Positions 1-8,612 of a stretch of DNA of 64,000 nucleotides are shown here, in pieces. Source of the DNA: an uncultured Planctomycetota bacterium (GTDB taxonomy: Bacteria; Planctomycetota; Planctomycetia; Gemmatales; Gemmataceae). Made by a program: the position numbers and the translations under genes. The stretch's first letter is position 1, and each line of letters starts with the position of its first letter. The stretch spans positions 433,183-497,182 of the forward strand of contig CAWHCN010000011.1 of the NCBI GenBank assembly GCA_963827935.1, given 5' to 3'. The notes below the pieces were generated by a model. That model saw nothing but the letters and a program-made list of their open reading frames with translations, was not told the DNA's origin and did not search any database.

Positions 1-281
1 TGCGTCCGAGCCATCAACGCAAAAACTCCGGCGGGAAACCGCCTCCGCGCCGTGTCGGAAACCTCACCGCGAAGGCTGAAGTCGTGGTTGCCCCAAACAC
101 CGACCGCATTGGCGTCGAGCAGCAGCGCCGCGACTTCCGCAGCTCCTTCAGACCGGGCAAACGCATCGACGGTATCACCGATTGTGACAACACGATCAAC
201 GCGGCGCTGACGGAAAAGGGAAAGAGCGCGGGCCAACTCGGCCGGGTGGCTGTGAACATCGGTAACCAATCCCAGTCGCAC
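1..281 (-). CDS. metallophosphoesterase (calcineurin-like), N-terminal part; gene continues past the window start
   Basis: Reverse-complement translation of 1-281 gives ...GLVTDVHSHPAELARALSLFRQRRVDRVVTIGDTVDAFARSEGAAEVAALLLDANAVGVWGNHDFSL. It shows the D-x-H, GD-x-x-D and GNHD phosphoesterase motifs. A GTG start is preceded by an AGGAGG Shine-Dalgarno. The ORF is not in the track because there is no stop inside the window. Confidence 0.55.
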   Translation of the reverse strand, partial: MRLGLVTDVHSHPAELARALSLFRQRRVDRVVTIGDTVDAFARSEGAAEVAALLLDANAVGVWGNHDFSLRGEVSDTARRRFPAGVFALMART

Positions 282-283
282 GC

Positions 284-580
284 CTAACCTCCTCCGCCGT
301 CTATGAAGTTGACAGTCAAGCCCCAACAGGCATCTTTTCCACTTCGTCCCGGCCGGCGCGGACCATCCACGCGGCCGGCCTCGTAGCAGGTACACACCGG
401 GGCCTCGGCGGGCAGTCCGAAGCGGGCCTTGGCCTTGGCGATCTCCTCCTGCAGTTTGGCCAGGCTGTGCGCCGGCATCGAGCGGATGCGCGGCTTCTCG
501 GCGGCTTCGGTCGCGAAGCCCAGCAGCCACTTGTCCTGGCCCAGTTCGAGGGCGACATACAGCGTCGTGGTAGTAGTCAT
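284..580 (-). pseudogene. IS110-family transposase N-terminal remnant (about 70 aa of the DEDD domain, then truncated)
   Basis: LYVALELGQDKWLLGFA...APVCTCYEAGRVDG resembles the IS110 N-terminal domain (VGIDVSK...vvmEATGrY). The remaining ~270 aa of a full transposase are absent. Confidence 0.45.
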
Positions 581-796
581 GAATCGGTCTCCGTAATCAG
601 GTTAAGGGTGTCCTACCTGATGGAGACTTGTACCACCTCCGATACCGCGCTGCCTACATGGTATCGAACGACCCGGCTCAGCAGCCGGCTCACGCGGGAA
701 GAGACGCAATGTCTCGACTAACCTTCATTCGCGTGGCCGGTCGGCTGCAGCGCCTGGCTCGGCGCGTTCGCCATGTCGCGGGGTAAGACAACCATG

Positions 797-1144
797 CTAT
801 GCATGTTCAAAGTGTCGCCCCAACCTGACGGCAGTGATCAGCACGACAACAGTCCATACCACTGCCATAATAAACACTGGCCCCGTGACCAAAATGATCA
901 ATCCACCTGTTGATCCCGACGGATGCTGGTACTCCGCTCGGGTAGCGAGAGCCGCGAGTATTCCCTCTAACACCAAACCCAGTGCGCCTGCAACAAGCAG
1001 CAGTTGGGCGGCCCGAAGCGCTACACCAGAGCGTGTAAACAGCAGGCAGCCAGCTAGTGGCCTTGGCACGAAATAATGCAAGAAATTCCAGCTGCAGCTG
1101 CTACCCTGGGAATGGAGGCCCATCAGGTGTAGGAGGCTGCCCAT
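797..1144 (-). CDS. hypothetical small membrane protein
   Basis: 115-aa ORF with two hydrophobic helices (LLLVAGALGLVLEGILAALAT and LIILVTGPVFIMAVVWTVVVLITAV). Local GC is lower than background. Confidence 0.3.
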   Translation of the reverse strand: MGSLLHLMGLHSQGSSCSWNFLHYFVPRPLAGCLLFTRSGVALRAAQLLLVAGALGLVLEGILAALATRAEYQHPSGSTGGLIILVTGPVFIMAVVWTVVVLITAVRLGRHFEHA

Positions 1145-1806
1145 GCGTGGTCGAAGGCCTCGCCCTTTGACGCTCGATTCCGATGATGTCGCTATCCTCC
1201 AGTGGCTTGCGCGCTGCCGCTCGCAACCTTGGTTCCAGATTCAACATGCTCGCATCCTCCTGGGGATCGCCGCTGGCAGGCGCGTCAAGACCCTGGCCAG
1301 CGAGTTGCAATGCGACGCGGCCACGGTCTGGCGGGTCTGCCGTGGCTACGAACAGCACGGCCTCGATGTCGTGCTGTGGGAGGCCCCCCGGCCGGGTCGC
1401 CCGCCGCAGCTTTCCCCCCTGCAACGCGCTCAGATCGTGCAGTTGGCTTGTCTGCAACCCATCGCCAAAGGGTTGGAACGTCACGCACTGGAGCAGCGCC
1501 GACTTGGCGCGACAAGCCATCAGCGATGGCATCGTCAAGACCGTCAGTCCGCGTGCGGTGCGACAGATCTTGCATGGCGTCGATCTGCAGCCACACCGCA
1601 CCCGATACTGGAAGACGAGTCGCCTCGACGCGGAGTTCAAGGAACGGGCCGAACGGGTGCTGTGGTGCTACGGAAATGCCGAGCGTTTGGCCGCGCGTGG
1701 GCTCTGGGGCGTTTGCGTCGATGAGATGCCCAACCTGCAGATTCTGGAGCGGCAGCCGATCCGGCGCGCGCGGCCTGGCTGCATCGAACATCAGGAGTTT
1801 GGGTAG
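1143..1806 (+). pseudogene. IS630-family transposase remnant: N-terminal HTH plus the start of the DDE domain, internally frameshifted (~1480) and cut at 1800 by another insertion
   Basis: Frame 1143: ILQWLARCRS...ILLGIAAGRRVKTLASELQCDAATVWRVCRGYEQHGLDVVLWEAPRPGRPP. Frame 1183: KGWNVTHWSSADLARQAISDGIVKTVSPRAVRQILHG...LWGVCVDEMPNLQILER. The second frame is colinear with the intact IS630 transposase at 29520-30850 (VSVDEATSLQAIER). Confidence 0.6.
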
Positions 1807-1813
1807 TGGGCGA

Positions 1814-2086
1814 TTAGTGTGTTGACGCGGATCGCTCGCGATGGCGGCGAAGCCCCTCTTCGAGGGCAAGGAACAGATCAGCCTTCGCTGCGCGAGGAGA
1901 AACAAAAGACCCGTTCGAGTTCGCATAGGTGCCATCGTCGGCGTCGTCCATCCGCCAGCGATAAGCCCCGTTGCTGCCCGTAACTTCGAGAGTCATCTTC
2001 TCCATGACGCATCGGCCGGTGTCGCCTTGCCAGAAAGGGGCCGCAAGGATCAGTTCTAGCCGACGAATGTTCTGTTCGGCGTTCAT
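1814..2086 (-). CDS. DUF1508 (YegP-like) small protein, passenger of the insertion element
   Basis: LEVTGSNGAYRWRMDDADDGTYANSNGSFVSPRAAKADLFLALEEG resembles the YegP/UPF0339 repeat (dG.yrFrLka.NGe...SegY.sk). Confidence 0.35.
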   Translation of the reverse strand: MNAEQNIRRLELILAAPFWQGDTGRCVMEKMTLEVTGSNGAYRWRMDDADDGTYANSNGSFVSPRAAKADLFLALEEGLRRHRERSASTH

Positions 2087-2557
2087 GTCAAAGCTCCCTG
2101 TTCATGCGTGGCCGCTCCTGGGTGGCAGACCTAGATGGCCATTTCACAAGTTCCTGAGCAGCTTTTCAGCCGTAAGTCGTTGGCCTGTAACGTCCGAAGC
2201 TGCTCATGGATTTACGAAACGGTCATCTAGCCCTGATCCGGTTCGTCCTTGATGAACAAGCCCGCCAGTTCCGCCCAGCTCATTCGCCTGGACAGTTTGC
2301 CGTTGTTTGGCCACCAGCGTATCCCGCCGACGCTGACGATCATGGTGCCGAGCTTGCGCTCTTTCTTTCCCATTTGTCCCAGACATCAAATTGAATCCCG
2401 GCCCTCCCGAGCCAGATTGGTTCCTGGATGCTCGCCTTCACGTACTTGGTAGGCCGACCCTTCTGTCTGCCTCGCATGACGACTCCTCGTTGAGTGATGT
2501 CGGGGTGATGCGTGACCGCTCTTGCTATTCTACGCGCGGCGAAGGATAATACCCAGC

Positions 2558-2824
2558 ATGGCCAAGAAACCCCGCAAGCCGAAGACCCCTGACCCGGCAT
2601 CCTTCGCATTCGGCGTGCTCCAGCACGTCATCGAGGCTACGGGCGACACGCCGGCCGAGCCCCCGGCCCCGCCGGCGGATGTCGGCAAGGACCCTGCCGC
2701 CGTCGCCCTGGGGCGCAAGGGCGGGTTGAAGGGTGGGCCGGCCAGGGCGAAAAAGCTCGGCAAGAAGAAACTCCGCGAGGCGGCCAAGAAGGCTGCGGCG
2801 GCCCGTTGGGGCAAAGCCGAATGA
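2558..2824 (+). CDS. small basic protein with a GRKGG...KGG...AAARWGK C-terminal motif
   Basis: MAKKPRKPKTP...ALGRKGGLKGGPARAKKLGKKKLREAAKKAAAARWGKAE. This is a KGG-like basic tail seen on small mobile-element or stress proteins. An antisense ORF overlaps it. Confidence 0.3.
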   Translation: MAKKPRKPKTPDPASFAFGVLQHVIEATGDTPAEPPAPPADVGKDPAAVALGRKGGLKGGPARAKKLGKKKLREAAKKAAAARWGKAE

Positions 2825-2829
2825 ACTCA

Positions 2830-3198
2830 CTAGATCAGGTCTTGCTCATCGAGCACTTTTCGACATTCTTCGGGTAGTCGGTGACTATTCTGCAAAGCCC
2901 CGACGCGGAGCTTCTTCAGTAAAGTGGCAGAGCATGGCTTATGAGGCTTCAGCAGCTTCGCTTTGCGTAGAGTTTCGAGAGCGGCCAAGGATGTAACTCT
3001 TGCTCGCTCGTATGGCACATATGTCTTATGGCCAACGAAAGGGTGCTCGCCCTTTTCTACAATACAACCTGCCTTGTCGCCAACCGTGTGTGTCGTAAAA
3101 TTTACGATAACGACATTATCTGAATCTATATTCGTTTCAGATATGATGATCCACAGATGATGGTACATGCCATCAATAAATGTGTCGCCAGGGTTCAT
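2830..3198 (-). CDS. putative toxin partner of the Panacea antitoxin, with a loosely MazF/PemK-like pattern
   Basis: 122-aa ORF. Its start overlaps the upstream Panacea gene stop by 4 nt. GDTFIDG...HLWIIISE...VVIVNFTT...ERARVTSLAALETL loosely fits the PemK/MazF pattern (GD.v.vdf..pvlVlS..vvvvPiTs..dqirtid.rL). The region is AT-richer than background. Confidence 0.35.
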   Translation of the reverse strand: MNPGDTFIDGMYHHLWIIISETNIDSDNVVIVNFTTHTVGDKAGCIVEKGEHPFVGHKTYVPYERARVTSLAALETLRKAKLLKPHKPCSATLLKKLRVGALQNSHRLPEECRKVLDEQDLI

Positions 3199-3762
3199 TT
3201 CTTCCTTGCAAATAGCTTGTCAAAATAGGCTTTTTCTTGAGCATCTTGAAGAATGGCGTCTTTGTCCTTCAATCGGCCAACCGCCTCAATCAGATGCTCA
3301 AAGGGAATGGCAGTTGACGTACCTTTATGGTAGTTTTTCTCCCATTCCTCGAAGTGAGTTTCCCGAGCGATGTCAAAGTCGTCTTGTCCAAGACGCGCGG
3401 CCGACACCTCGTTCAGCAAGCTGACTTCCTGGCGGGATAGGGCGGAAGGGCTGAGGTCAGTAACAAGACTAATGAGATAGTCTTCATTCTGGAAATGGCG
3501 GGACCATTCAGCTTGGTCCGAGTGAGAAGCCCTTTATGAGATCGTATACCTCGCTGTGAATTGGACCGTAGTCCATCGCGCACAAGCGACCGCCGACAAT
3601 TGGCCGACCCCTCCTCTTGAGACTTTCGCGGTCCGCAATGTAAAGAAGGGCCAATAGCCGTTTCCGGCCCATGATTCGATGGGGGGCGAGCCGCAACAGT
3701 GTTGCCGCTGCTTCAATCGCCTTTCGCGTGTCGATGCGGAAAATCATGGCGGTGCTCCTCAA
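3195..3762 (-). CDS. Panacea-domain (DUF4065) antitoxin-like protein PanA, apparent +/-1 frameshift near 3515
   Basis: N-terminal frame: KRLLALLYIADRESLKRRGRPIVGGRLCAMDYGPIHSEVYDLIKG matches the Panacea/SocA/GepA core (KLqKLLYfa....g.pl...f.AwahGPV.pevY). The C-terminal frame continues SHSDQAEWSRHFQNEDYLISLVTDLSPSALSRQEVSLLNEV.... The two frames overlap at 3511-3533. Confidence 0.55.
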
Positions 3763-3935
3763 TCGGTTAGACGGCCCGAAACGTCTAAAGGTTCAGAGCG
3801 GTCACGTCTCCTAGCGGCGATCACCGTGCGCATTCTCCGGCTTTCTACGAAAAAATCCAGCGAATTGTTCTTGCCATGCGTGAGCGGTCACGTATAATAA
3901 GTATGTGGTGTTGATCGTTACCGGGAGCAACTCAG

Positions 3936-4925
3936 ATGCAATGCCCGACCTGCCAGAACGAAGCCCGCAAGTTCGGCCGCGACCGAGCCGGCAACCAGCG
4001 CTACCAGTGCCAGGCGTGCCGCAAGACGTTCTCTGACCGCCCGGTCCGGCCCCTGGGCGAAATGCGCCTGCCGCTCGACAAGGCACTGCCCTGCCTCCAG
4101 CTCCTGACAGAAGGCAACAGCATCCGGGCCACGGTGCGGATCAGCGGCGTGGCGAAAGACACCGTGATTGCCCTTCTGGTCGCGGTCGGGGAGAAGGGCG
4201 AGGCGTTGCTGCGGGAGAGCTTGCGGGGCGTTCCCGCACGGGACGTGCAGCTCGATGAAATCTGGGGATTCATCGGCATGAAGGAGAAGACGAAGACCCG
4301 GAAGGCGCTGGAGACATCGGACATTGGCGATGCGTATTGTTTCGTCGCCATCGAACGGACGACGAAACTGGTTCTCGCGTGGTATCTCGGCAAGCGGGAT
4401 CAGGGCAGCACGCGGATATTCCTTGAGGACGTGGAGCGCTCCACGCGCGGTCGGGTTCAGTTGAGCACGGACGGCTTGAAGTGCTACCCGTCGGCCGTTC
4501 AACTGGCCTTCTCGGAATGGGAGGTTGACCACGGCACGTTGGTCAAGGAGTACGCGACGAAGGCGGATGAGCACCGCTATTCGCCTGGTGAAGTCATTGA
4601 GACTATCAAGGGGGTTTGCTGTGGCAACCCCGACCCGGCAAAGATTTGCACGCGCCACGTCGAACGGCATAACCTGTCGATGCGGATGCAGAACCGGCGC
4701 CTGACCCGGTTGACGAACGCGTTCAGCAAGAAGTGGCAGAACCATGAGGCCGCGCTTGGCCTGTACTTCGCCGTGTACAATTACGTCCGGCCGCACGGTA
4801 CACTTACGCATGACGCAGAGGATCGGCGGAAGACGACCCCGGCGATGGCTGCCGGGTTGACCGATCATCCCTGGACCTTAGTGGAGCTGCTCCAGGCGGC
4901 GGCCAGTGCGGCGTCAACACACTAA
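3936..4925 (+). CDS. IS1595/IS1-like family transposase
   Basis: N-terminal Zn-ribbon CPTCQNEARKFGRD...YQCQACRKTF. DDE region DEIWGFIGMKEK...DGLKCYPSAV. C-terminal ERHNLSMRMQNRRLTRLTNAFSKKWQNHEAALGLYFAVYNYVRPH is typical of IS1595/IS1 transposases. Confidence 0.75.
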   Translation: MQCPTCQNEARKFGRDRAGNQRYQCQACRKTFSDRPVRPLGEMRLPLDKALPCLQLLTEGNSIRATVRISGVAKDTVIALLVAVGEKGEALLRESLRGVPARDVQLDEIWGFIGMKEKTKTRKALETSDIGDAYCFVAIERTTKLVLAWYLGKRDQGSTRIFLEDVERSTRGRVQLSTDGLKCYPSAVQLAFSEWEVDHGTLVKEYATKADEHRYSPGEVIETIKGVCCGNPDPAKICTRHVERHNLSMRMQNRRLTRLTNAFSKKWQNHEAALGLYFAVYNYVRPHGTLTHDAEDRRKTTPAMAAGLTDHPWTLVELLQAAASAASTH

Positions 4926-5057
4926 TCGCCCACTACCCGATTTTTTTGGTTTCTCCGGCCAATGCGTGCAGCGGGACCTTCGGACAGTGGTTCAGCCTGA
5001 GCGGCCAGCACGCTTTGCTCAAACTGATCCTTTATCGCCAGCGCGTGTCTGCACGCG

Positions 5058-5157
5058 CGGAATTATATGCGACCTGGCGCCTGGCGCTGAAATGTGAAGG
5101 CGCATGTCCTGATTTGACAAGGGATTGCGACTCGCGCGCCAGGTCGCATATAATTCC
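5058..5157. repeat. perfect 23-24-bp inverted repeat (GGAATTATATGCGACCTGGCGC ... GCGCCAGGTCGCATATAATTCC) with a ~50-bp spacer
   Basis: Read directly in the sequence. The AT-rich arms contrast with the flanks. It may be an insertion-sequence or MITE end remnant, or a strong hairpin. Confidence 0.6.
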
Positions 5158-5663
5158 CGGCGAATTCAGTACGACATGGCAATTTCCAGGGAACCGGCAG
5201 CGCCTTCCGTCTCCTCGAACCGGTTCGCGAGGCGGCGAAGCATTCCGGCGAGTAGGCGGGGGTTGGCAGGCCAGCCCTGCGGGAGCTTCTTGGTTCCCGT
5301 GAGCCCAGCGGTGTCGGTGAGGCGTGCGAGAAGGTCGCGGACGATGCCTTCCCATGTCCCGCCCTTGTCATGTAACGGTTGGCGGAGGGGCGGCGCGATG
5401 GCCGAGGTGTCGAGGAAGGCCGTTGCTGGGTGAGGTACGATGAGGCGTCATTGACATTTCTCCCCAGAGCGGTCGGGGGAACGCGTGGTCCGGTGAGGTA
5501 CAATCCCGCGAGGGTTCTTTTGCGGGGCCGTTGGCCATGCAGTGCCGCGCCAGTTCCTTGACGATGCTCCGGGGGATGTATGGGCTGCGCCCCAGCCTGG
5601 GGCTGAGCGGGGCGGCAAAGTGACCTGATCGACCGCGGGCGACGTTAGTCGAGGTCGGCGGCG

Positions 5664-5888
5664 TTACTTCTTGCCATTGAGCCAGTCCTCGATTTCCCAG
5701 GCCCTGAAGCGGATCGTGCCGCGCCGGCCAGGGCTCAGCTTAAGCGGCCCCGGGAACCGCCCCGCGGACACGGCGCGTTCGATAGTACGGCGGGTGAGCT
5801 GAACCAGTTCGCAAACGTCAGCCATCGAGAGGAGCTTGTCGATCCGTCCTTGACGCGGAGCTACGGCGGTTTTCGGTGCGGCGAGCAT
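5664..5888 (-). CDS. alpA: AlpA/Xis-family excisionase-type HTH regulator
   Basis: LLSMADVCELVQLTRRTIERAVSAGRFPGPLKLSPGRRGTIRFRAWEIEDWLNGKK is a typical AlpA/HTH_17 prophage regulator sequence. Confidence 0.7.
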   Translation of the reverse strand: MLAAPKTAVAPRQGRIDKLLSMADVCELVQLTRRTIERAVSAGRFPGPLKLSPGRRGTIRFRAWEIEDWLNGKK

Positions 5889-6241
5889 GGCCTGCCTCGG
5901 TTTGTTCTGGGCGAGGATGCCTGTGTCGGCTTGCGGCGTATCACGACGCACCCAAGTCTAACCGGCGAAGGACGGAGAGTTGAGGGGACTAGGCGGACAG
6001 CAGCGATCTTTTGAGTGCCGGCCGGCGGCGTCTATGGACCTTGTCGAGAAGGTTGGACTATAACGGAGTGTTTGTGTAGCGTTAACGGCCCAGCGCCACC
6101 CCCAGCGCTACACCGCGATGACCGGAATGTGTCGGATTGAGTCGTAATGTGTCGTGTGTTTTGTGGGTCGCAACCCATTGCCGTAACAGAGGTTGTCGCA
6201 TCCGGACGCATAACATCGGCATGTGTTGCATAGGGGACAAT

Positions 6242-6287
6242 TCGGATTGCAAATCCGCCATCCCCGGTTCGCATCCGGGAAGGGCCT
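6242..6287 (+). other. tRNA-Cys(GCA) 3'-half remnant (anticodon arm, T-arm, 3' acceptor strand) with no pairing 5' half; putative integrative-element att site
   Basis: CGGATTGCAAATCCG is identical to the E. coli tRNA-Cys anticodon arm. The loop is TTGCAAA (U33, GCA anticodon, A37). The T-arm is CCCGG-TTCGCAT-CCGGG. The following AAGGGCC has no complementary 5' strand upstream. Confidence 0.5.
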
Positions 6288-6499
6288 CTTTCCTCTCAGC
6301 CCGTCTCACGGGGCCGCAAACCCTGTCATCTCCTGCCACCTGACCACCCTGCCACGCGTGGACCAACGCGCGCGAAATGACGACAACTCAGGCCCGGCTC
6401 GGTAAGAAAGACGCTTGAACAGAACCGCCCTCCCTGACCCTGTGGATGGTTCATGGGGGCTTTCCATCGTAACCCATCGGATTGCGAGCGGCACCTGCC

Positions 6500-8602
6500 A
6501 TGCGATGCACCTCTTCCTTGTCCCTGACCCTGTGCTTCCTGCTGCCCGGCCTGGCCGGCGCGGCCCCGCGGGATGGCGCGACCCTGGAACACCTTCTCGG
6601 AGCGCCGTTTCCCACGGCCCTGACGGCGTCACCCGCGGGAGGCCATGTCGCCTGGGTGGCCAACGACCGTGGTCGGCGGAACGTCTGGGTGGCGGAGGCA
6701 CCCGACTACAGAAGTCGCGCCCTCACCAGCTATACCAAGGACGACGGACAGGACCTGGCCGATCTCGCCTGGACAGCGGACGGCCAGAGTGTCTGTTATG
6801 TCCGGGGGAGTCTGGGCCACGATGGCGACCCGTTCAATCCGCGCAGCCGCCCGCGCACACCGGAGCAGGCGGTCTGGATCGTCGCCCGCTCCGGCGGTGC
6901 GCCGCGCCGGCTCGGCGCTGGACACGCCCCAGCCGCCGCGCCCCGGGGCGATCGCGTCGCCTGGCTGCACAAGGGCCAGGTCTGGGCCGCCCCGGTCGGC
7001 GGGCGAGCCGAGGCGGCGCAGCTCTTCCAGGTCCACGGGCAGGTTCAGCAGCTCCGCTGGTCGCCCGACGGCACAACCCTGGCGTTTGTCTCTGACCGTG
7101 GCGATCACAGCTTCATTGGCGTCTATCGGGGATCGGAGCAGCCTATCCTTTGGCTCGATCCGAGCGTGGACCGCGACAGCGAGCCGGCCTGGTCGCCCGA
7201 CGGTCGGCAGATCGCCTTCCTGCGCAGGCCGACCTCGCGCGAGCCGTTCACCTTTGGCCCGCAGCCGACGGCCGAGCCGTGGTCCCTCCGCGTGGCGGCG
7301 GTCGCCGACGGCAAGGGCCAGCAAGTCTGGAAAGCCGATCCCGGAGTCGGCAGCGCCTTTCGCGGCGTCGAGGCGACCAACCAGATCTTCTGGGGGGCCG
7401 ACGACCGCCTCGTCTTCCCCTGGGAGGCCGACGGCTGGACCCACCTCTACGCGGTTGCCGCGACGGGCGGCAAGGCGACCCTGCTCACCCCCGGCAAGTT
7501 CGAGGTGGAAGCGGTAAGCCTGAGCCCGGATCGCCGCCGCCTTGTTTACAGCTCCAACCAGGGCGACATCGATCGCCGACACATCTGGACTGTCCCCGTC
7601 CGCGACGGCGAGCCGGAGCCGCTGATGAAAAGCGTCGGCATCGAGTGGTCGCCCGTGATGACCAGCGACGGCAAGGCGATCGCCTTTCTCCGTTCCGATG
7701 CCCGCCGCCCGGCCCGGCCGGCCATCCGCGTTGGGACGGCGGCCGTCCGCGACCTGGCCGCGATTCCGTCGGACTTCCCCGCCGACCAGCTGGTGATTCC
7801 GTCGCGGGTGACGATCACGGCCGTGGACGGGAAGAAGGCGCCGGGGCAACTCTTTCTGCCGCCCGGCTTGAAGCCCGGCGAACGCCGCCCCGCCATCCTT
7901 TACACGCACGGCGGGTCGCGCCGCCAAATGCTCCTGGGCTGGCACATGATGGCCGGCTACACCAATCACTATGCCCTCAACCAGTACCTGGCCCTGCACG
8001 GCTTCGTCGTGCTGTCGCTCAACTACCGCAGCGGCATCGGCTATGGCCTCGATTTCCGCGAGGCGCCTGGTTACGGCGCCCACGGGGCCAGCGAGTTCAA
8101 CGACCTGCTCGGTGCCGCCCGTTACCTCAAGGACCGCCCGGACGTGGATGCCGGCCGAATCGGTCTCTGGGGTGGGTCCTACGGCGGCTATCTGACCGGG
8201 CTCGGCCTGTCTCGCGCCTCCGACGTGTTTGCCGCCGGTGTCGACATCCACGGTGTCTACGACTGGAACGTGGTCATCCGCAACTTCGAGCCCGGCTACG
8301 ATCCCCTGGCCCGCCGCGAAACGGCCCGCCTGGCCTTCGAGTCATCGCCGGCCGCCTCGATCAAGTCGTGGCGGTCCCCGGTCCTGGTCATCCACGGTGA
8401 GCACGATCCCGACGTGCCCTTTTCCGAGAGCGTACACCTGGTGGAAGACCTGCGGAAGCAGAAGGTGGAGGTGGAGCAGTTGATCTTCCCGGAGGAAGCC
8501 CACGGCTTCCTGACGCACGAGGCGTGGCTGCGCTGCTTGACGGCGACCGCGGAATTCCTCGAGCGCCACCTGGGCAGTCCTGGCCGGAAGGCGATGCCCT
8601 GA
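6500..8602 (+). CDS. S9-family serine peptidase (prolyl oligopeptidase/acylaminoacyl-peptidase type) with an N-terminal beta-propeller and signal peptide
   Basis: Signal peptide MRCTSSLSLTLCFLLPGLAGAAP. WD/TolB-like repeats (WSPDG...). Catalytic GGSYGGY serine motif and a C-terminal His/Asp region (IHGEHDPDVP). Confidence 0.85.
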   Translation: MRCTSSLSLTLCFLLPGLAGAAPRDGATLEHLLGAPFPTALTASPAGGHVAWVANDRGRRNVWVAEAPDYRSRALTSYTKDDGQDLADLAWTADGQSVCYVRGSLGHDGDPFNPRSRPRTPEQAVWIVARSGGAPRRLGAGHAPAAAPRGDRVAWLHKGQVWAAPVGGRAEAAQLFQVHGQVQQLRWSPDGTTLAFVSDRGDHSFIGVYRGSEQPILWLDPSVDRDSEPAWSPDGRQIAFLRRPTSREPFTFGPQPTAEPWSLRVAAVADGKGQQVWKADPGVGSAFRGVEATNQIFWGADDRLVFPWEADGWTHLYAVAATGGKATLLTPGKFEVEAVSLSPDRRRLVYSSNQGDIDRRHIWTVPVRDGEPEPLMKSVGIEWSPVMTSDGKAIAFLRSDARRPARPAIRVGTAAVRDLAAIPSDFPADQLVIPSRVTITAVDGKKAPGQLFLPPGLKPGERRPAILYTHGGSRRQMLLGWHMMAGYTNHYALNQYLALHGFVVLSLNYRSGIGYGLDFREAPGYGAHGASEFNDLLGAARYLKDRPDVDAGRIGLWGGSYGGYLTGLGLSRASDVFAAGVDIHGVYDWNVVIRNFEPGYDPLARRETARLAFESSPAASIKSWRSPVLVIHGEHDPDVPFSESVHLVEDLRKQKVEVEQLIFPEEAHGFLTHEAWLRCLTATAEFLERHLGSPGRKAMP

Positions 8603-8612
8603 GGTGGATCGC

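Larger units (their letters stand above)
1801..4944. mobile_element. IS1595/IS1-like composite insertion element (3.1 kb) with 28-bp perfect terminal inverted repeats, carrying passenger genes
   Basis: 1801-1828 GGGTAGTGGGCGATTAGTGTGTTGACGC is the exact reverse complement of 4917-4944. The transposase stop codon lies inside the right inverted repeat. The interior has lower GC than the flanks. Confidence 0.7.

Noticed and set aside
1814-4944. 8-bp target-site duplication flanking the IS1595-like element.
   Set aside because: The flanking octamers (AGGAGTTT / GATTTTTT) are not identical, so either there is no duplication or a subsequent rearrangement occurred. It is not claimed.
6180-6290. Full-length tRNA-Cys gene.
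   Set aside because: The anticodon arm and T-arm are excellent, but the 26 nt upstream (tcggcatgtgttgcataggggacaat) cannot pair with the 3' acceptor strand AAGGGCC and has no D-arm. It was therefore called a 3' fragment only.
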